From: an uncultured Nitrososphaeraceae archaeon
GTDB lineage: Archaea > Thermoproteota > Nitrososphaeria > Nitrososphaerales > Nitrososphaeraceae
Length of the DNA stretch: 14,559 bases
NCBI GenBank assembly: GCA_963765895.1
Contig: CAVXZB010000063.1
Location: 1 to 14,559, forward strand
Direction of reading: 5' to 3'
Under the pieces are notes generated by a model. The model worked only from the letters and a program-made list of their open reading frames with translations, was not told the origin of the DNA and did not search any database. This document shows, piece by piece, positions 10,843 through 14,559 of the stretch; the stretch's first letter is position 1; every line of letters starts with the position of its first letter. Both the position numbers and the translations under genes were made by a program.

Positions 10843-11221
10843 ATTTTTTCTGCATGTGGGATTTGCGAATGCCTTTGCATTTTGCCTTAATTTAATAGTC
10901 TCGAAGAACAAGCAAGACTTCAGTGTCTTCCATAGGTGGCGCAATGGCTTAGTATTAAGATTTTTTCCGACATAATTAAATCGGAATTCATAGAATCCCG
11001 TTCAATCTGAAGCAGATACAAAAATGAGTTCACATGCCTATCTAAGATTTAATCAGCATATTGTAAAGTATATTGATCTAATGCCAATAAAATAAGTTAT
11101 AGTTAAGATGAATGCAGAATATACTTTAATCATATTTACTCTTTTGATATCATAACAGGATTTTACAAATTACAAATATGATCTACTATAACATATCAAT
11201 ATCATCAAGCAAATAATTATT

Positions 11222-11449
11222 ATGAAAAGACAACAAGATAAAACCTATGAAAGGCTTTGGCTATTTGTAATAGCCACTGCGATTCTAGCAGTTAGTAGTA
11301 TTGTTATAATCGGAGCAGAGCCAAGTGCTAGCGCGCACACAGATCAACCATTAGCATTGGTACAGCGAGCCTGTGTTGTATACCAAACTTATCCTGCAAC
11401 GACTGACTGTTCGATGACAATAGGCTCAAGTACATTCAAAGTAGTCTAA
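11222..11449 (+). CDS. Small exported hypothetical protein (possibly truncated)
   Basis: 75 aa with a basic N-terminus, a hydrophobic stretch (LWLFVIATAILAVSSIVIIGA), an ASA cleavage-like site and two Cys. Confidence 0.55.
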   Translation: MKRQQDKTYERLWLFVIATAILAVSSIVIIGAEPSASAHTDQPLALVQRACVVYQTYPATTDCSMTIGSSTFKVV

Positions 11450-11699
11450 CAAAGTTTGCATACATTTGAGCGCTTAGCCAGGATTATAAAAGGAGGATCT
11501 GTAATAATGAAGATAGACCACATACGTTTCAGGTGATACTGCTATTGTAGAGATGACTTCTACTTCCGTTGCTCTGAATGGACGACCATATGCTCAAAGA
11601 TTCTGCTGTATAACACGGTTTGTTGATGGTTTGATTGTCGAGGTTCGAGCTTACTTGGATTCAGTGCTTGTTCAACAACTGATCGATGAGAATGAGTGA
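11450..11699 (+). pseudogene. NTF2/SnoaL-like (ketosteroid isomerase-like) protein, 5'-truncated and frameshifted
   Basis: HTFERLARIIKGGSVIMKIDHI / YVSGDTAIVEMTSTSVALNGRPYAQRFCCITRFVDGLIVEVRAYLDSVLVQQLIDENE* (TGA 11697-11699). The GD..vvE..NG.py....f..G.I..vr.Y.D pattern is typical of SnoaL-like C-terminal halves. Confidence 0.8.
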
Positions 11700-12035
11700 G
11701 TGAGTTATCACTTAGGAATTGCTAAACATGTACTAAGGTTAATATGAAGACTAATTGATGAAAATGATTTCATCAGAAAAGAGGAATAGAAAGGAGAATG
11801 AGTCTGAAAGTAATGATCTTCTGGGACAGTCAGCAACAAGCGGCTACGACTCAACTAGAACAAATTCACGCATATCCATTTCGGAAATTATATACTGCCT
11901 GGATATAACCAATGTCCTAATAAACAACTCATATTAGGTAGTGCAAAATATGCAAGTTTGGTCTCATTTACCTGATAATGGTAGAATCACTATCTTACTT
12001 AAGTACTATAATGTGTAGATGAGTAGTAATACTCA

Positions 12036-12890
12036 ATGGCTTCTTCCTCTTCATCCAATCAAAAGGTTGCCGTTGTTACGGGTAGCTCAACTGGGATAGG
12101 ATATGAAACATCACTAATCTTGGCAAGGAATGGTTTTCTTACTTATGCGACAATGAGGAATCTTAACAAAAGTGAGAGCATAGAATCGATCACTACGAAA
12201 GAAAACTTGCCTATTCATATTAAACAGCTTGATGTTACAGATGATACGTCAGTCAAAAATGCAGTAGAAGCAATCTCGTCTGAGACAGGACGTATAGACA
12301 TCTTAGTAAATAACGCAGGATATGGACTTAACGGTGCCTTCGAGGATCTTGCAATGGATGAGATAAAAGCACAATATGAAACTAATGTGTTTGGATTGAT
12401 AAGAACAACTCAAGCAGTCCTTCCGATTATGAGAAGACAAAAATCAGGAACCATTATAAATATTAGCTCTGGCGCTGGAAGATTTGGTTTTCCTGGAAGC
12501 TCGGCTTATGTTAGCACAAAATTTGCAGTTGAAGGACTAAGCGAATCTATGTCATATGAATTAGAGCCATTTGGTATAAAAGTGGTTTTAGTGGAACCAG
12601 GAGTTATTAAAACGAACTTTGTAGACGGTATGGTCATTGCAAGAAAATCTCAAGATCCAAAATCTCCATATTCTCAAATAGTCCAGAAAATGGTTACTGG
12701 CTTGGAAGAAATGATGAACAATGGATCTTCTCCTGATCTTGTAGCAAAGGTAGTGCTTAACGCTGCTACAAATGAAAATCCTAGCCTCAGGTATTTAGCT
12801 GGAAATGATGTAGAACAATGGTTGGGGAGTAAAAGGAACATGTCTGATGAAGAGTTTTATAAAATGATGAAGCAAAATCTGATGATGTAG
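12036..12890 (+). CDS. Classical short-chain dehydrogenase/reductase, probably NADP(H)-dependent
   Basis: Intact 284 aa with TGSSTGIG, NNAG, a catalytic Ser (NISS) and YVSTK, VEPG, and a basic Arg after beta-2 (ATMRN). Confidence 0.95.
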   Translation: MASSSSSNQKVAVVTGSSTGIGYETSLILARNGFLTYATMRNLNKSESIESITTKENLPIHIKQLDVTDDTSVKNAVEAISSETGRIDILVNNAGYGLNGAFEDLAMDEIKAQYETNVFGLIRTTQAVLPIMRRQKSGTIINISSGAGRFGFPGSSAYVSTKFAVEGLSESMSYELEPFGIKVVLVEPGVIKTNFVDGMVIARKSQDPKSPYSQIVQKMVTGLEEMMNNGSSPDLVAKVVLNAATNENPSLRYLAGNDVEQWLGSKRNMSDEEFYKMMKQNLMM

Positions 12891-12946
12891 AGCATTGTCC
12901 AAGTATACGTAGATATTACTCCATACATGAGATGCCTCATTCTAGA

Positions 12947-13344
12947 AATATTTATAATTTGGCGCGCCGCACATCTGTATTAGAAGATATTTTTCCGATA
13001 TACATATAGGACATGTCAAAATCCCGACATTGTCCGATGTGTTAAAACTTTGGCTATAGACTGAATTAAAATGCTGGTCCATATCAGATAACCGCTACTA
13101 TCTATAGATATCAATTTCTAGAGTCGTCAATTCTGTTGAATAACTAGCATCCAGTCCTGAAGATTCACTTATCCCATGGAATCGCTAGTCATTAGTAAGC
13201 TTGGAATTTTAATAACTCTGATTTATGCTTGTCAGGATCTTTGTATTTACATGATGCTCTACAGACTAGATGTACGTTCTGTACGTCAGGATGCAGCCTG
13301 TAGTAATAGTAATCCTGCTTTAAAGCAATACTAGGACAGCATGG
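12947..13344. repeat. Degenerate dispersed repeat, copy B (candidate mobile-element end)
   Basis: Same collinear blocks and same orientation as 7913-8279, with an extra ~30 bp near 13115-13150. Confidence 0.8.
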
Positions 13345-13560
13345 ACTCTGGTCTAAACCGTGTTCTGGAAGTGGTGTATATGGCGCGTTCGGATCATCGT
13401 AGAAAAAATCGGTTACAGAGCTGATTTTGGCTGTCTCGTATCCTGTATCTACTGATTAAACGCCATCTAACGGGGAACATGAGCTTGTGTGCGCGTCCGC
13501 TTCCCAGCCAGATTTTCCATTAGTAATCCTAGGGTTTTGAACGTGAATTTCGTCAGAATG
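13192..13560 (-). pseudogene. 3' remnant of a gene with a His/Cys Zn-finger-like tail (copy B, longer)
   Basis: ..DGV*SVDTG..FFYDDPNAPYTPLPEHGLDQSPCCPSIALKQDYYYYRLHPDVQNVHL-(alternative frame SVEHH)-CKYKDPDKHKSELLKFQAY*. It contains an internal stop and compensating indels. Confidence 0.65.
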
Positions 13561-13659
13561 AGGAATGCATAGGCAATATTCCATTATTATCACGATGCAT
13601 GTTACTATATTTGGATTTGTCTATGACAAACTCCAAATTGACAAACTTGGTTTCTTGGT

Positions 13660-14559
13660 TTAGGGGAGAGTATACGGGTTCATAATCACTATAGATGGAG
13701 GAGAGTAATTACTTTCATTCGAGACGTTAGCGGAAGTTATTGCTTGTGTAGTCGCAGGCCCAGATACTGGAGGTTGAATCTCCCTAACGCTGAAAAGTTT
13801 TACATCCATATTGTCTATGTTATCCCATCTGAAGTGAGTAAGTGGACCGCCCCATGAGATGATTGTTTTGTCAGTACCACCACAATTCGGATGACCACCA
13901 CCCCAATTGTTTCCCGTATCTACAAATTCTATTGATTTATGCCAATTATTGCCAGGTGTACTAGTATTATTTGTACCATCATCAATCCATTGCTCTAATT
14001 TTACCGTCCCATCTGCACGGGTAAAGAAAATGGCTTTCAGTCCAATCCATCGTCCATCTAATTTCTTGGTTACACCAGCTTTCTCAGGATCGTTTGTGGA
14101 ATAGCCTGCTGTGTGTTCAAGTTCTTTTTCAAATTTACTTCGTCCAGTTTCATACAGGTTAGAGTGGTATGCTGTTCCTTCACACGATTTACTTGAAGTA
14201 TGTACTCCTCCACGTGCTAATAATTCTATGTGTGCCACTCCATTTTTGGTCGAACTGGTAAAACTATTGACTTTGAAATACCCTGTCATCTCCACATTCT
14301 TCCAGTCGCCTGGCGATTGCATATATCCTTGCTGTATCATTGTCTTTTGATTTGTTGTTTTAATTTGGCTAGGATTATATCCAGATGATGTGAAAACCGC
14401 ATATCTTACTTGAGTTGAAGTCACCTTAAAGGATCCATCTGGATTTTTAGTCATACTTGGAGGATTTGTTTGCTTATCTTGATTTGGATTCTGCATATCC
14501 ATGAACCATTGCTCCCCTCCTGATTTCGTAGGATAAAGCTCCTTTATGCCAAATTTGTC
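13660..14559 (-). CDS. Beta-rich hypothetical protein, probably extracellular (possible carbohydrate-interacting jelly-roll); 5' end lies outside the window
   Basis: The frame stays open upstream of the listed Met to the window edge (DKFGIKELYPTKSGGEQWF-MDMQNP). Motifs include WKNVEMTGY, RGGVH..CEGTAY, KFEKE, WIGLKAI, VKLEQWID, WGGP..FRWDN and SVREI, followed by a Ser/Thr/Pro tail. Confidence 0.85.
   Translation of the reverse strand, partial: DKFGIKELYPTKSGGEQWFMDMQNPNQDKQTNPPSMTKNPDGSFKVTSTQVRYAVFTSSGYNPSQIKTTNQKTMIQQGYMQSPGDWKNVEMTGYFKVNSFTSSTKNGVAHIELLARGGVHTSSKSCEGTAYHSNLYETGRSKFEKELEHTAGYSTNDPEKAGVTKKLDGRWIGLKAIFFTRADGTVKLEQWIDDGTNNTSTPGNNWHKSIEFVDTGNNWGGGHPNCGGTDKTIISWGGPLTHFRWDNIDNMDVKLFSVREIQPPVSGPATTQAITSANVSNESNYSPPSIVIMNPYTLP

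Noticed and set aside
11755-11937. 60-aa ORF upstream of the SDR
   Set aside because: No motif and low complexity, so it cannot be supported as a gene.
7244-14350. ORFs 7244-7447(-), 9103-9387(+), 13907-14104(+) and 14111-14350(+)
   Set aside because: Antisense to better-supported genes.

Overview
AT-rich accessory region that looks like a soil ammonia-oxidising archaeon (Nitrososphaerales); this is inferred from the gene styles, not from a marker gene. Most of it is decayed genes. Only an SDR oxidoreductase (12036-12890), a membrane-anchored beta-rich protein (6926-7708), its distant paralog running off the right edge (13660->14559, minus strand) and a small exported ORF look intact. Disrupted genes: a class I pyridine nucleotide-disulfide oxidoreductase (one frameshift), a VOC/glyoxalase, a ~2.3 kb exported Cys-module/TPR/tandem-domain protein, an HTH-SAM methyltransferase, a SWIM finger, an NTF2/SnoaL fragment and a small C2H2 finger. 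Two patterns are not explained by the ORF track. First, a degenerate ~370-400 bp dispersed repeat (7913-8279 and 12947-13344, with a short third piece near 10932-10985) joins a Zn-finger-like gene tail to a conserved non-coding end. Second, a short motif, roughly ATAATYTGGCRYGCCDCAT, forms that end and recurs between gene modules. These may be scars of an undescribed mobile element or site-specific recombination system, but no recombinase is encoded in this window. All alignments were done by eye.
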